Notes: generated by a model not told the origin, from the sequence alone. Shown: positions 7,055-15,387, counted from the first letter of the stretch. The stretch: DNA of 32,000 nucleotides from Allobaculum fili (GCF_020969955.1 NZ_JAHDSX010000004.1:30001-62000); one strand, 5' to 3'. Numbers and translations are program-made.

Positions 7055-8335
7055 ATGTTAACGTCTCTGGCTCTGATCATCCTGATCGGACTCGCTTTCG
7101 CGAAACTCTGCGAACGGCTGCGGCTGCCGCGCATTATCGGCTATCTGCTCGCCGGAATCTGTATCGGACCCAGCTTTCTGAACTGGCTTGATCCGTCCAT
7201 TCTTTCCATTTCAGCGGATTTGCGCCGCATCGCGCTGGTCATCATTTTGATTAAAGCCGGCTTGTCCTTGAATCTGAACGATCTTAAACAGGTCGGACGC
7301 CCGGCTCTTCTGATGTCCTTTCTGCCGGCATCCTTTGAAATTCTCGGCTTCGTGCTCTTTGCCCCAGCACTCCTTCATATCTCGCTGGTCGAAGCCGCGC
7401 TAATGGGATCGGTGGTCGCCGCCGTATCGCCTGCTGTAGTCGTTCCGCGCATGGTGACGCTGATGGAAAAGCGCTATGGCACATCCAAAAGCATTCCCCA
7501 GATGATCCTGGCCGGCGCGTCTCTGGATGACGTATTTGTCATCGTGCTCTTCAGTACGTTTTGCGATATGGCCCAGGGCGGCAGTGCGCAGCTGTCCATC
7601 TTTTTAAGCATTCCCGTCTCAATTGTTCTTGGTCTTCTTTTAGGCGCCGCGTGCGGCTGGATGCTTTCCAAATACTTTACGTGGCAAAGCCAGAAGGGAA
7701 GTGCCGTTCCTGCCGAACGCAAAGCCATTCTCGTTCTTGGTCTGTCCTTTCTGATGCTTGCGGTGGAAGCGCTGATCAAACTATACGTGTCGCTCTCCGG
7801 TCTGCTTGCGGTTTTGAGCCTGTCCATGATGGTAGCCAGAGACAGCCAGAAAGAAATTACGCTTACGCTTCAGAAGCAGTTTGGAAGCCTCTGGACCGGA
7901 GCAGAAATTTTCCTGTTTGTGTTGGTCGGTGCGGCGGTAGATGTGCAGTACGCGGCCCTGGCTGGTGCACGGGCTGTACTGATGATCGGCATAGCCCTGA
8001 TCTTTCGGTGCGTGGGCGTTTCTCTCTGTCTGCTTCACACGCATCTCAATAAGAAGGAGCGTCTGTTCTGCATGATTGCCTACCTGCCAAAAGCGACGGT
8101 GCAGGCGGCAATTGGATCGACCGCCCTCGATCTGGGTCTGTCATGCGGTCCGATTGTGCTTTCGGTAGCCGTTCTTGCCATTCTGATTACAGCACCGCTA
8201 GGCGCCATCGGTATGGATCAGACGTATTTCCGCCTGCTTTCTCACGATGAAAAACCGAAAGGAAAACCGGAGGCCAGCGCTGCAGACGGTAAGAAGCCAG
8301 AAGAATCTTCCGCAAAAGCCGTTTTCCATTCGTGA
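7055..8335 (+). CDS. Cation:proton antiporter (CPA1/CPA2-type Na+(K+)/H+ exchanger family)
   Basis: SD GGAGG at 7044-7048. 426 aa, ~11-12 TM segments. The N-terminus LALIILIGLAFAKLCERLRLPRIIGYLLAGICIGPSFLNW is typical of the Na_H_exchanger family. Hydrophilic K/E/P-rich tail. Confidence 0.85.
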   Translation: MLTSLALIILIGLAFAKLCERLRLPRIIGYLLAGICIGPSFLNWLDPSILSISADLRRIALVIILIKAGLSLNLNDLKQVGRPALLMSFLPASFEILGFVLFAPALLHISLVEAALMGSVVAAVSPAVVVPRMVTLMEKRYGTSKSIPQMILAGASLDDVFVIVLFSTFCDMAQGGSAQLSIFLSIPVSIVLGLLLGAACGWMLSKYFTWQSQKGSAVPAERKAILVLGLSFLMLAVEALIKLYVSLSGLLAVLSLSMMVARDSQKEITLTLQKQFGSLWTGAEIFLFVLVGAAVDVQYAALAGARAVLMIGIALIFRCVGVSLCLLHTHLNKKERLFCMIAYLPKATVQAAIGSTALDLGLSCGPIVLSVAVLAILITAPLGAIGMDQTYFRLLSHDEKPKGKPEASAADGKKPEESSAKAVFHS

Positions 8336-8336
8336 T

Positions 8337-8362
8337 GCAGACAGGCGGATCCGCCTGTCTGC
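8337..8362 (+). other. Perfect GC-rich stem-loop right after the antiporter stop (no U-tract)
   Basis: GCAGACAGGCGG (8337-8348) AT CCGCCTGTCTGC (8351-8362). Followed by GCAGCGAGC, so not a canonical intrinsic terminator. Confidence 0.4.
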
Positions 8363-8448
8363 GCAGCGAGCGGTTTCCATTTTGACTCTCGGCCATTTTT
8401 CTGAATGGTTAGGAACGAATCCCGCAAAATGCCGGGACAGGACGGATT

Positions 8449-8478
8449 TTCCAAATTCCTCTTTCTCTGCGCTATACT
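8449..8478 (+). promoter_or_regulatory. Candidate promoter for the ABC exporter (TTCCAA-N18-TATACT)
   Basis: -35 at 8449-8454, -10 at 8473-8478. Confidence 0.3.
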
Positions 8479-8589
8479 GATCCTCATATGTCCCGACATT
8501 CGGACGGCTTCTGCTTTTCCCCCGAAACAGCCGTTTGCGATCGAGTCTGGGACAGAGCGAAAGAAACAGAAAGAGAGGAGAAATCGGTC

Positions 8590-10332
8590 ATGAAGACACT
8601 GAAGTATTTTCTTTCCTTTTATAAACCGTACAAAGGCGCGATGATTCTGGATCTGGTCTGCGCATCGATTCTGTCTCTGGTCGATATTGCCTTTCCGGCC
8701 ATTCTGAGCGCGTTTACCGCGAAAGCTGCGGGCATCTCCGGTCCCGCGCTGCTGAACTGGATGCCGTGGGTCATTCTTGGACTGCTCGTGCTGTACGGCA
8801 TTCGAACGGCCTGCCGCTTTTATGTCGCGTGTCAGGGCCACAATACCGGTGCCCAGATGGAAAGCGACATGCGCAGAGATCTGTTTGATCAGTACATGAA
8901 GTTCTCGCACGCCTATTACGATCAGGTCAATACGGCGACGCTCAGTTCCCGCATGGTTTCGGATTTGATGGATATTTCCGAAATGGCGCACCACTGCCCG
9001 GAAAACCTGCTCATCGCCTCGGTGAAGCTGATCGGTTCGTTTGTGATCATGTTTTCGATGAACCTGACCCTGTCTTCGATTTTGCTGGTGATCACGATTC
9101 TGATGGCCATTACCGCCTGGAAGCAGAACCGGCGCATGAAAGAAACGTTCAAGCTTAACCGCGTGAAAATCGCCGGAATCAACGCGTCGCTGCTCGATTC
9201 GCTCGAAGGCATTCGCGTTGTAAAAGCCTTTGGCAGCGAAAAGCAGGAACAGAAGAAGTTCAGAAAAGCCAATCGCGAATTTCTTGATTCCAAATTTCAG
9301 AACAACCGCGTCATGGGAATTTACTACAGCTCGAACTACTTTTTTCAGGGACTGCTCTATACGGCCGTCATCGGTGCCGGCGGCTATCTGATTGCGACTG
9401 GAAAAATGCAGGCGGCAGAACTGGCAGCCTTCGCTCTTTACGTCAACGTGTTCATTGGTCCGATCGACATTCTTCTTGAATTTGCGGACAGCCTGATGAA
9501 AGGCTTCACGGGCTTTCGCCGCTTTGAAGAAGTCATGGAAACGAAACCGCAGATTACCGAAAAGCCCGATGCCAGATCGCTTGAAAATGTGAAAGGCGAC
9601 ATCGCCTTTGATCACGTTTCCTTCCGCTACGATGACGACACGCCGGTGCTCGATCAGGTCAGCTTCGAAATTCCTGCCGGCGGCCGCTACGCGCTGGCTG
9701 GTCCGAGCGGATCGGGAAAATCGACGATCTGTTCGCTTATCCTTCGCTTTTACGATGTGACCGGCGGAGCCGTTCGCATTGACGGTGTGGATGTCCGGGA
9801 TCTGACGCTCGAGTCTCTGCGCCAGCAGATCGGTGTGGTGACGCAGGATGTCTACCTGTTTGACGGGACCATTGCGGACAATATTCGTTACGGAAAATGG
9901 GACGCGACCGAGGAAGAAGTCCTGGAAGCGGCACGTAAAGCCAGCCTGGCGGAATTTATTGAATCGCTGCCCGATGGACTGCAGACGCGTGTCGGCGAAA
10001 AGGGAACCCGTCTTTCCGGCGGACAGAAGCAGCGTATTTCGATCGCGCGCATTTTCCTGAAAGATCCGAAAATCGTCATTCTCGATGAGGCGACTTCCGC
10101 ACTCGATAACGAAAGCGAATACTACATCCAGCAGGCTCTTGAAAAGCTGACCGAAAACCGGACGTCGCTGACGATCGCGCATCGTCTTTCTACGATCGAA
10201 AACGCGGATCGCATTCTTGTCGTAGATGGCGAGGGCATCAGCGAAAGCGGAACCCATGAAGAACTGATCGCGCAAAACGGTCTGTATGCGTCTTACGTCT
10301 TCCGCCAGTTCGGCCAGCACGAAACGCATTAA
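8590..10332 (+). CDS. ABC transporter, fused permease/ATP-binding protein (type I exporter, MsbA/LmrA-like half transporter)
   Basis: I prefer the ATG at 8590 (SD GAGAGGAG at 8574-8581, MKTLKYFLSFYKPYK) over the track's 8488. Six TM segments, then Walker A GPSGSGKST, signature LSGGQKQR, Walker B ILDEATSALD, H-loop TIAHRL. Confidence 0.9.
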   Translation: MKTLKYFLSFYKPYKGAMILDLVCASILSLVDIAFPAILSAFTAKAAGISGPALLNWMPWVILGLLVLYGIRTACRFYVACQGHNTGAQMESDMRRDLFDQYMKFSHAYYDQVNTATLSSRMVSDLMDISEMAHHCPENLLIASVKLIGSFVIMFSMNLTLSSILLVITILMAITAWKQNRRMKETFKLNRVKIAGINASLLDSLEGIRVVKAFGSEKQEQKKFRKANREFLDSKFQNNRVMGIYYSSNYFFQGLLYTAVIGAGGYLIATGKMQAAELAAFALYVNVFIGPIDILLEFADSLMKGFTGFRRFEEVMETKPQITEKPDARSLENVKGDIAFDHVSFRYDDDTPVLDQVSFEIPAGGRYALAGPSGSGKSTICSLILRFYDVTGGAVRIDGVDVRDLTLESLRQQIGVVTQDVYLFDGTIADNIRYGKWDATEEEVLEAARKASLAEFIESLPDGLQTRVGEKGTRLSGGQKQRISIARIFLKDPKIVILDEATSALDNESEYYIQQALEKLTENRTSLTIAHRLSTIENADRILVVDGEGISESGTHEELIAQNGLYASYVFRQFGQHETH

Positions 10333-10356
10333 GCGCAAAATCATTTTGAAACGACG

Positions 10357-10395
10357 AAACGCCGTATCCTCGCAGAACAGGGATGCGGCGTTTTT
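10357..10395 (+). terminator. Rho-independent terminator after the ABC exporter
   Basis: AAACGCCGTATCC (10357-10369) pairs with GGATGCGGCGTTT (10381-10393) with one G-U. T-run at 10391-10395. Confidence 0.8.
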
Positions 10396-10424
10396 GAATG
10401 CTCGAAAATCATGCCAGGGTCCTT

Positions 10425-10458
10425 TGGAAAACGGAGAAAAAAGGCTGTGCGCCTCTCC
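10425..10458 (-). terminator. Possible minus-strand terminator after the 251-aa membrane protein gene
   Basis: The minus strand reads GGAGAGGCgcacaGCCttttttCTCC followed by GTTTTCC. The stem is imperfect. Confidence 0.3.
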
Positions 10459-10493
10459 TGCAAATACAGGATCGGTTGCACAGCGAATGCGTC

Positions 10494-11249
10494 TTACTGT
10501 TCTTTCTTTTTGGGAGCAAAAGGGGACTGGGCCGATCGGCGGGTACCGTGTCCGGAAGCTTTCATAGAGGAGCGCTTGAGCATGGACGATTCCTTCTTCT
10601 TTTCGAGAAGGGCTTCCTGCTCCTTTTCGGCTTTCTTTTCCTGGTTTTTCTGACGCTTAAGATAAATCAGCAGCCACACCGTGGAAAGAATGTCTGTGAA
10701 AAAGCAGAGCTGAACGACGCCGGCGGCAATGGCTTTGGAACGGTCGAGCTTTTTCGCCTTGACGAGCTGAACAAGAAGCACGAAGACATAGGCGGAAGTG
10801 ATGCCTAACAAAATCCAGGAAAAGGCTTCAAACATAAAGTCGCTCGTCGCCCGTTTCATTAAAATATTCAGCACGATTTCCGGAAGCAGAGCCGTCTTGG
10901 TAAAGAGAACATCGATGAGCGTGGAAATGGGCGGCAGCCCGGATGTCGTCGCCTTCCAGATCAGACAGGCTGCGGTACAAAGCATCATCAGCGCGAGAAC
11001 GCAGAGCAGGATGGGTGCAAAGGACTGCAGCGCGAAGAGATAGAAGAAGTGGGCGCTGGCGGCCATTCCATACAGGAAAAACGCGCAGAAATTCTTTTCC
11101 GAAGAGAGCGCATACACCAGCATGAGCAGACAGCCGGTAATCAGACACGATACGCACAAAATCATCATTTCTGTGCTGGTGACAAAGCCGACAAACAGCG
11201 TACTGATCACCAGCAGGATCTGCGCGAGATAATACAGGATTTTCTTCAT
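10494..11249 (-). CDS. Hypothetical polytopic membrane protein (~6 TM) with a K/E-rich C-terminal tail
   Basis: SD AAAGGA upstream on the minus strand. Hydrophobic segments run throughout. Tail KRQKNQEKKAEKEQEALLEKKKE.... No family recognised. Confidence 0.7.
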   Translation of the reverse strand: MKKILYYLAQILLVISTLFVGFVTSTEMMILCVSCLITGCLLMLVYALSSEKNFCAFFLYGMAASAHFFYLFALQSFAPILLCVLALMMLCTAACLIWKATTSGLPPISTLIDVLFTKTALLPEIVLNILMKRATSDFMFEAFSWILLGITSAYVFVLLVQLVKAKKLDRSKAIAAGVVQLCFFTDILSTVWLLIYLKRQKNQEKKAEKEQEALLEKKKESSMLKRSSMKASGHGTRRSAQSPFAPKKKEQ

Positions 11250-11380
11250 GATCCAATTCCTTTTCTAAACAAAGCGGCAAACCGATTTCCTGAGTATCCG
11301 AAAGCATGCCGATCGTTTCGGCTTCGCAGGCCGATCAGGCTCGTTTCGTACAGGCTTTAAAGACGGGGGAGAGACGGCGG

Positions 11381-12493
11381 TTATTTATCGGAAGACGGGG
11401 CGGTTCCGGTTTCTTTTGGCAGAGCCGGCGTGTCTTTGGTCTTGCCGCTTTCGATGGGCAGATCGATTTCCTCCAGATCGCTTCCAAATTTTTCTTCGTC
11501 GAGATCTTCACTGTCTTCGAGATCATCGAACAGATAGGCGCAGAACAGGTCGTACGTTTTTTTGGAGCGCGTGGAAATCGTCACGCTCATCCCGCTGTCG
11601 GGATGCCGGCAAAACCATCCGCTGACCGCCAGAACCGCAAAGGGGCCTTCGGGCAGGTAAGGCGCAATTTCATTGCCGATCGAGGGTAGGGAAACCGACG
11701 TATAGCCCATATGAAGCGCCCGCTCGAGAATGGCATCAATGAGCTGGTGAAGCGATTCTTCCCGGATCACCTCCGGCAGAGCGGCGTGAAAAATGGATGC
11801 CGAGCGGCCGATTCCGGAAGAGGTGACCACGATCTGACCGGGTTTGGGCGGCGTCAGTTTGGCACAGACGCTGCGCAGCGCTTCGCCCCCGCGGTCAAAA
11901 ATGAGTTTTGGATCGTGCTCCGTTTCTTCAAACGGATGCTCAGCAATATTGGCGATGACATCGCAGTCCTGATCGCACACTTCGCCATAGTTGATGTACA
12001 ACGAACACGAAGCAGAACGGCCATCCTCATTGAGTACGAGCGCCAGCAGTTCATGCGTCAGCATGGCGGAAAGATCCCATGGGTTAAGGATCAGCCCTTC
12101 GCAATCCGGATCTTCCAGAGCGGCACGGAAAATTTCTTCCGCCTTGACGGGTCGATATTCCGCGGCGGGCCCTTCCTGATCTTCTGGAACCGTCAGAAAG
12201 GCGCAGTACGCCTGTCCGCCATGTTCCAGATCGACTTTTCGAAACAGTTCCTTTTCCGGCAAAAGATACATTTCCAGATCCAGCGGATCCACTTCATCGA
12301 GCTCGCTGGTCTGCGAGGTAAGAATCGGCACATACAGCAGCGTCTGTTCATCCACGGCTCTTTGAAGAAGCGAAATAAAATTCCAGTTGGCTTCCTGGCT
12401 GTGATCGAATTCGAGATTCAGACCGGCTGCGAGAATCTGATCTGAAAGGGGAGCCGGTTTTCGGCCTTTCAGACGGTCCAGACGAACTTTCAT
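11381..12493 (-). CDS. Hypothetical two-domain protein: SseB-like N-terminal region plus a divergent macro-domain-like C-terminal region and an acidic tail
   Basis: Residues ~163-322 (nt 11528-12007) align by eye to the macro fold: LYINYGEVCDQDCDVIANIAE / GQIVVTSSGIGRSASIFHAALP / LIDAILERALHMGYTSVSLPSIGNE. The N-terminus (LLYVPIL..., AYCAFLTVPED, GLILNPWD) resembles the SseB N-domain. The ATG at 12493 is the only in-frame start after the stop at 12566-12568, and it has no SD. Confidence 0.7.
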   Translation of the reverse strand: MKVRLDRLKGRKPAPLSDQILAAGLNLEFDHSQEANWNFISLLQRAVDEQTLLYVPILTSQTSELDEVDPLDLEMYLLPEKELFRKVDLEHGGQAYCAFLTVPEDQEGPAAEYRPVKAEEIFRAALEDPDCEGLILNPWDLSAMLTHELLALVLNEDGRSASCSLYINYGEVCDQDCDVIANIAEHPFEETEHDPKLIFDRGGEALRSVCAKLTPPKPGQIVVTSSGIGRSASIFHAALPEVIREESLHQLIDAILERALHMGYTSVSLPSIGNEIAPYLPEGPFAVLAVSGWFCRHPDSGMSVTISTRSKKTYDLFCAYLFDDLEDSEDLDEEKFGSDLEEIDLPIESGKTKDTPALPKETGTAPSSDK

Positions 12494-12570
12494 ATATCTG
12501 TATAGTATGGCAGGGGCTTCTTCAGACTGGGCAAAAAAGCCCCTGAAGTCACGCTCGAAAAGGATTTAAG

Positions 12571-12601
12571 AAAACAGAAAACAGTATAGAAAACAGTATA
12601 A
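12571..12601. repeat. Tandem direct repeat AAAACAG | AAAACAGTATAG | AAAACAGTATAA
   Basis: 12-mers at 12578-12589 and 12590-12601 (11/12 identical), preceded by a partial copy at 12571-12577. On the minus strand each copy contains TATACT. Confidence 0.85.
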
Positions 12602-12845
12602 GGATCAGAAAATGCACCAGATGGTAGAGAAGGCAGTTCAGAATCAGCGTTCGTCAGAGAAATCGGAAAATCTCACAGTGTTTTCTATGAGAAAGCCGGT
12701 TTGGATCACTGGAAAACTCGGAAAGCTCTATTGCAGACAGGGGGCATTAGACTGAAAAAAGCGGTCAAATATCATGCGTTCAAAAATGAATGAAAGCCTT
12801 TTCGAAAAAATGTCTTTTCTGAAGAAATCTGTGTTTCCCGGCATA

Positions 12846-12874
12846 TTGCAATTTAAAAATGGATTGACTATTGT
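12846..12874 (+). promoter_or_regulatory. Candidate promoter for the ECF S-component gene (TTGCAA-N17-TATTGT)
   Basis: -35 at 12846-12851, -10 at 12869-12874. This would give a ~130-nt leader. Confidence 0.3.
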
Positions 12875-13008
12875 TGAACAGGCAAATGCGCAGCCGATCA
12901 TCCGGACGGCCAGCGAGTCCACTTTGCCGACAGCCGGTTCAGGCAGAAATTCTGCCGCAAATTTACATCGTATTCAGCATTGAAACGAAAGTTGAGGAAA
13001 TTTGTTAC

Positions 13009-13644
13009 ATGAAAAACAAACAGAAAACCCGGAATATGGCTTTCTTCGCCATGTTTCTGGCCATTGAGCTCATTCTGACGCTCACACCGCTTGGCTATAT
13101 CCGCATTCCCGGACTGGCCATCACCCTGCTGCATATCCCCGTTGTGGTCTGCGGAATTCTCATGGGTCCCGGCTGGGGCGCAGCGCTCGGTCTTGTCTTT
13201 GGTCTGACATCCATCTGGAACGCGACCATGCAGCCCTCGATTACTTCCTTTGTCTTCTCGCCGTTTGTTACGGTAGGCGGCATCAGCGGAAACTGGACAT
13301 CCCTGATCATCGCTCTGGTTCCGCGTATCCTGCTTGGCGCCATCTCCGGCTGGCTGTATGAACTCTTCGCAAAGAAGATCAACCGTCCGCTGTCCGCGCT
13401 TCTTGCGGCGGTCATCGCCACCTTCTGTCATACTCTGATGGTTCTCGGTCTGATCGCTCTGCTCTGGGGCAATCAGTATTCCGCTGCGATCGGCATCGCG
13501 CCTTCGGCGCTGCTGGCGTATCTGGGCATGGTCATCGTCAGCAATTCTCTGATGGAAATGGCCACTGCCGGAATTGTTTCCATGGCTCTGGCTAAGGCGA
13601 TTTCTCCTTCGAGAATGTCTTCGCCGGCTTCTTCGCACGCCTGA
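13009..13644 (+). CDS. ECF transporter S component (substrate-capture subunit, substrate unknown, PanT/RibU-like fold)
   Basis: Start chosen at 13009 (SD GAGGA at 12994-12998, MKNKQKTRNMAFFAMFLAIELILTLTPLGYIRIPGLAITLLHIPVVVCGILMGPGWGAALG), not the track's 12871. Six TM segments. No adjacent ecfA/ecfT genes (group II arrangement). Confidence 0.8.
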   Translation: MKNKQKTRNMAFFAMFLAIELILTLTPLGYIRIPGLAITLLHIPVVVCGILMGPGWGAALGLVFGLTSIWNATMQPSITSFVFSPFVTVGGISGNWTSLIIALVPRILLGAISGWLYELFAKKINRPLSALLAAVIATFCHTLMVLGLIALLWGNQYSAAIGIAPSALLAYLGMVIVSNSLMEMATAGIVSMALAKAISPSRMSSPASSHA

Positions 13645-13863
13645 AAAGACCAATAGAAAACCGGCTGAAATTTAAATAGAGCAAAGAGTTCATCAGAAAC
13701 GAAATCCGTAAAAAAGCGAAAGCTGGACCTTTCGCAGCGTTCTGTCCAAAGCGGAAAAAGATTTCCTGAACACAGGGAAAGAAAAAACGATTCTGGATTG
13801 TTACTGATCTCTTTGCCAAATCCAGTATTTACACTCGTATATACCCATTCAATTTACCCATTC

Positions 13864-13892
13864 AAGACGCCTGAAACAGGGCGTCTTTTTTT
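13864..13892 (+). terminator. Rho-independent terminator ~220 nt downstream of the ECF S gene
   Basis: AAGACGCC (13864-13871) pairs with GGCGTCTT (13880-13887). T-run to 13892. Confidence 0.8.
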
Positions 13893-13940
13893 CGCTTCCT
13901 TCCCGGCAGCCAGGTCAGAAAGGGAGTGAATTGATTTTCA

Positions 13941-13969
13941 TTGACGAAACCAGACCGGGATTTTAAGAT
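13941..13969 (+). promoter_or_regulatory. Candidate promoter of the ArsR/SdpI operon (TTGACG-N17-TAAGAT)
   Basis: -35 at 13941-13946, 17-nt spacer, -10 at 13964-13969. Confidence 0.45.
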
Positions 13970-13982
13970 GATTTTAAACATA

Positions 13983-13996
13983 TAAGCATTTGCTTA
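13983..13996. promoter_or_regulatory. Inverted repeat TAAGCA-TT-TGCTTA, candidate ArsR/SdpR-type operator
   Basis: Perfect 6-2-6 palindrome 14 nt downstream of the putative -10. Confidence 0.4.
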
Positions 13997-14150
13997 AATG
14001 ATGAAATAACAGAAAGATAAAGCGTTTAATCCATCTTTCTTTTCTTAGTGGATTCAAATTCCAGAGGCAGATGATCCCCAGTCAGGGCCTGTGTGATTTG
14101 CTTCATAAAAGGGAAGAGAAAGAAAAGAAACACAGAAAGGAGACAGTGCT

Positions 14151-14474
14151 ATGGCTTTACAGAACGTGCTTAAAACGTGTTCCGATCCGATTAATCGACA
14201 GATTCTGGATCTGCTTCGTGAGCAGTCCATGAACGCCGGAGAAATTGCCCGTCATTTTTCCATTTCCGCAGCAGCCGTTTCCCAGCATCTGAGCGCTTTA
14301 AAGACGGCTGGTCTTGTCCGCTGTGAGCGCAGCGGCAAGTTCCTGGTGTATGAACTGAACGCCTCCGTACTGGAAGAAGCGGCGATCTGGATCCAGTCGC
14401 TGCTGAATACCGCACCGGCAGAACAGATGGATTCGAATTCGGTTCCCTCCGAAAGTTCCGCTGCGAAAATCTGA
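14151..14474 (+). CDS. ArsR-family (SdpR-like) winged-helix transcriptional regulator
   Basis: SD AAAGGAG. DPINRQILDLLREQSMNAGEIARHFSISAAAVSQHLSALKTAGLVRCERSGKFLVYELN is a typical ArsR/SmtB HTH. No metal-binding CxC motif. Confidence 0.9.
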   Translation: MALQNVLKTCSDPINRQILDLLREQSMNAGEIARHFSISAAAVSQHLSALKTAGLVRCERSGKFLVYELNASVLEEAAIWIQSLLNTAPAEQMDSNSVPSESSAAKI

Positions 14475-14535
14475 ATCGGAAAGAGAAAATGGAAAAGGCC
14501 AAAATTCCCAAAACGAAACAAAAGGAGCTTCTTTT

Positions 14536-15225
14536 ATGAAAAATGCAAATTCCACTGAACCCCATGCACCGGCTTCGCTTACCCGAGGCAAGATCGCCTT
14601 TTCCATCGGCCTCTGTCTTCTTCCTCAGCTTGCTGGCATCTTCTGTCTCTCTTCCATGCCCGCTCAGATCCCCATCCACTTTAACTTTCAGGGAACGCCG
14701 GATAACTGGATTTCTTCCTCGCTTTTCTTTTTCGGATTTCCCTGGATGTTTGTCGCAGCGGACGCCTTCTGTCTTGGAACTACGTTCTTCTCCAAAAAAG
14801 GCAGCGCCCAGTCTCCGTCCATCGAAAACCTGCTTCTGCTGACCATTCCGTTTATTGAACTGATCGTATATATCGGCATCCTGCTCTTTATGAACACAGA
14901 CGCCTTTCGGATCACAACCTGGATCAGCGGTCTGATCGGCCTTCTTCTCGTGATTTTGGGAAACCTGATGCCAAAAGCCAGACAGAACAGCTATTTTGGC
15001 TTTCGAACGCAAAGTACGCTTTCTTCCAAATCCGTATGGCAGAAAACGAACCGTGCAGCCGGATATGCTCTGACGCTGCTTGGCGTGCTGACGATTTTTG
15101 CGGCGTTCACTTACAATGAAGTTCTCATGTTCGCCCTTCTGATCGGCGGAAGTCTGCTCGTAACCATGGGACTGTCGATTTACGCACACCGATTAGCGGA
15201 CCGGGAAAGCCAGAAAACAGAATAG
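14536..15225 (+). CDS. SdpI-family membrane protein (DUF1648 + SdpI immunity/signal-transduction domain)
   Basis: SD AAAGGAG. IPIHFNFQGTPDNW (DUF1648-like) and NSYFGFRTQSTLSSKSVWQKTNRAAG (SdpI-like GxRTxW motif). Six TM segments. Confidence 0.8.
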   Translation: MKNANSTEPHAPASLTRGKIAFSIGLCLLPQLAGIFCLSSMPAQIPIHFNFQGTPDNWISSSLFFFGFPWMFVAADAFCLGTTFFSKKGSAQSPSIENLLLLTIPFIELIVYIGILLFMNTDAFRITTWISGLIGLLLVILGNLMPKARQNSYFGFRTQSTLSSKSVWQKTNRAAGYALTLLGVLTIFAAFTYNEVLMFALLIGGSLLVTMGLSIYAHRLADRESQKTE

Positions 15226-15387
15226 GCGGCCGTTCCGAAAGAAAAAGATCCTTTTTCTGGCGAATCTGCCTGCAAGCTTCCTTGCTCAAAAAGTCTCTTT
15301 GCGTAAGCCGACGGACGAAAACGCATTCTTCGAATCGCCTGCAGTTGTTGATAATGCAAAAGGAGTCAGAATTCTGCATTTGTTTTG

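Noticed and set aside
8488-8589. Upstream extension of the ABC exporter ORF (track start at 8488), and likewise 12871-13008 for the ECF S gene
   Set aside because: The extensions have no SD and a non-membrane, Cys/Arg-rich sequence. The internal ATGs (8590 and 13009) have an SD and begin typical N-termini.
8242-10344. 700-aa minus-strand ORF covering the whole ABC exporter gene
   Set aside because: It lies in the codon-aligned antisense frame of the exporter (both codon sets start at coordinates that are 1 mod 3). In that frame, stops arise only from sense TTA/CTA/TCA codons, which this genome avoids. The translation is R/F/H/Q-rich with no motifs, whereas the plus strand has complete ABC motifs.
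11711-12445. 244-aa plus-strand ORF opposite the macro-like gene
   Set aside because: Codon-aligned antisense frame. The F/R/I/Q-rich translation is typical of shadows. The minus-strand product has a realistic composition and fold-like motif order.
12898-15189. 251-aa and 332-aa minus-strand ORFs over the ECF S gene and the ArsR/SdpI genes
   Set aside because: Antisense shadows. The translations are R/G/D/Q-rich, while the sense strands encode clear TM proteins and an ArsR HTH.
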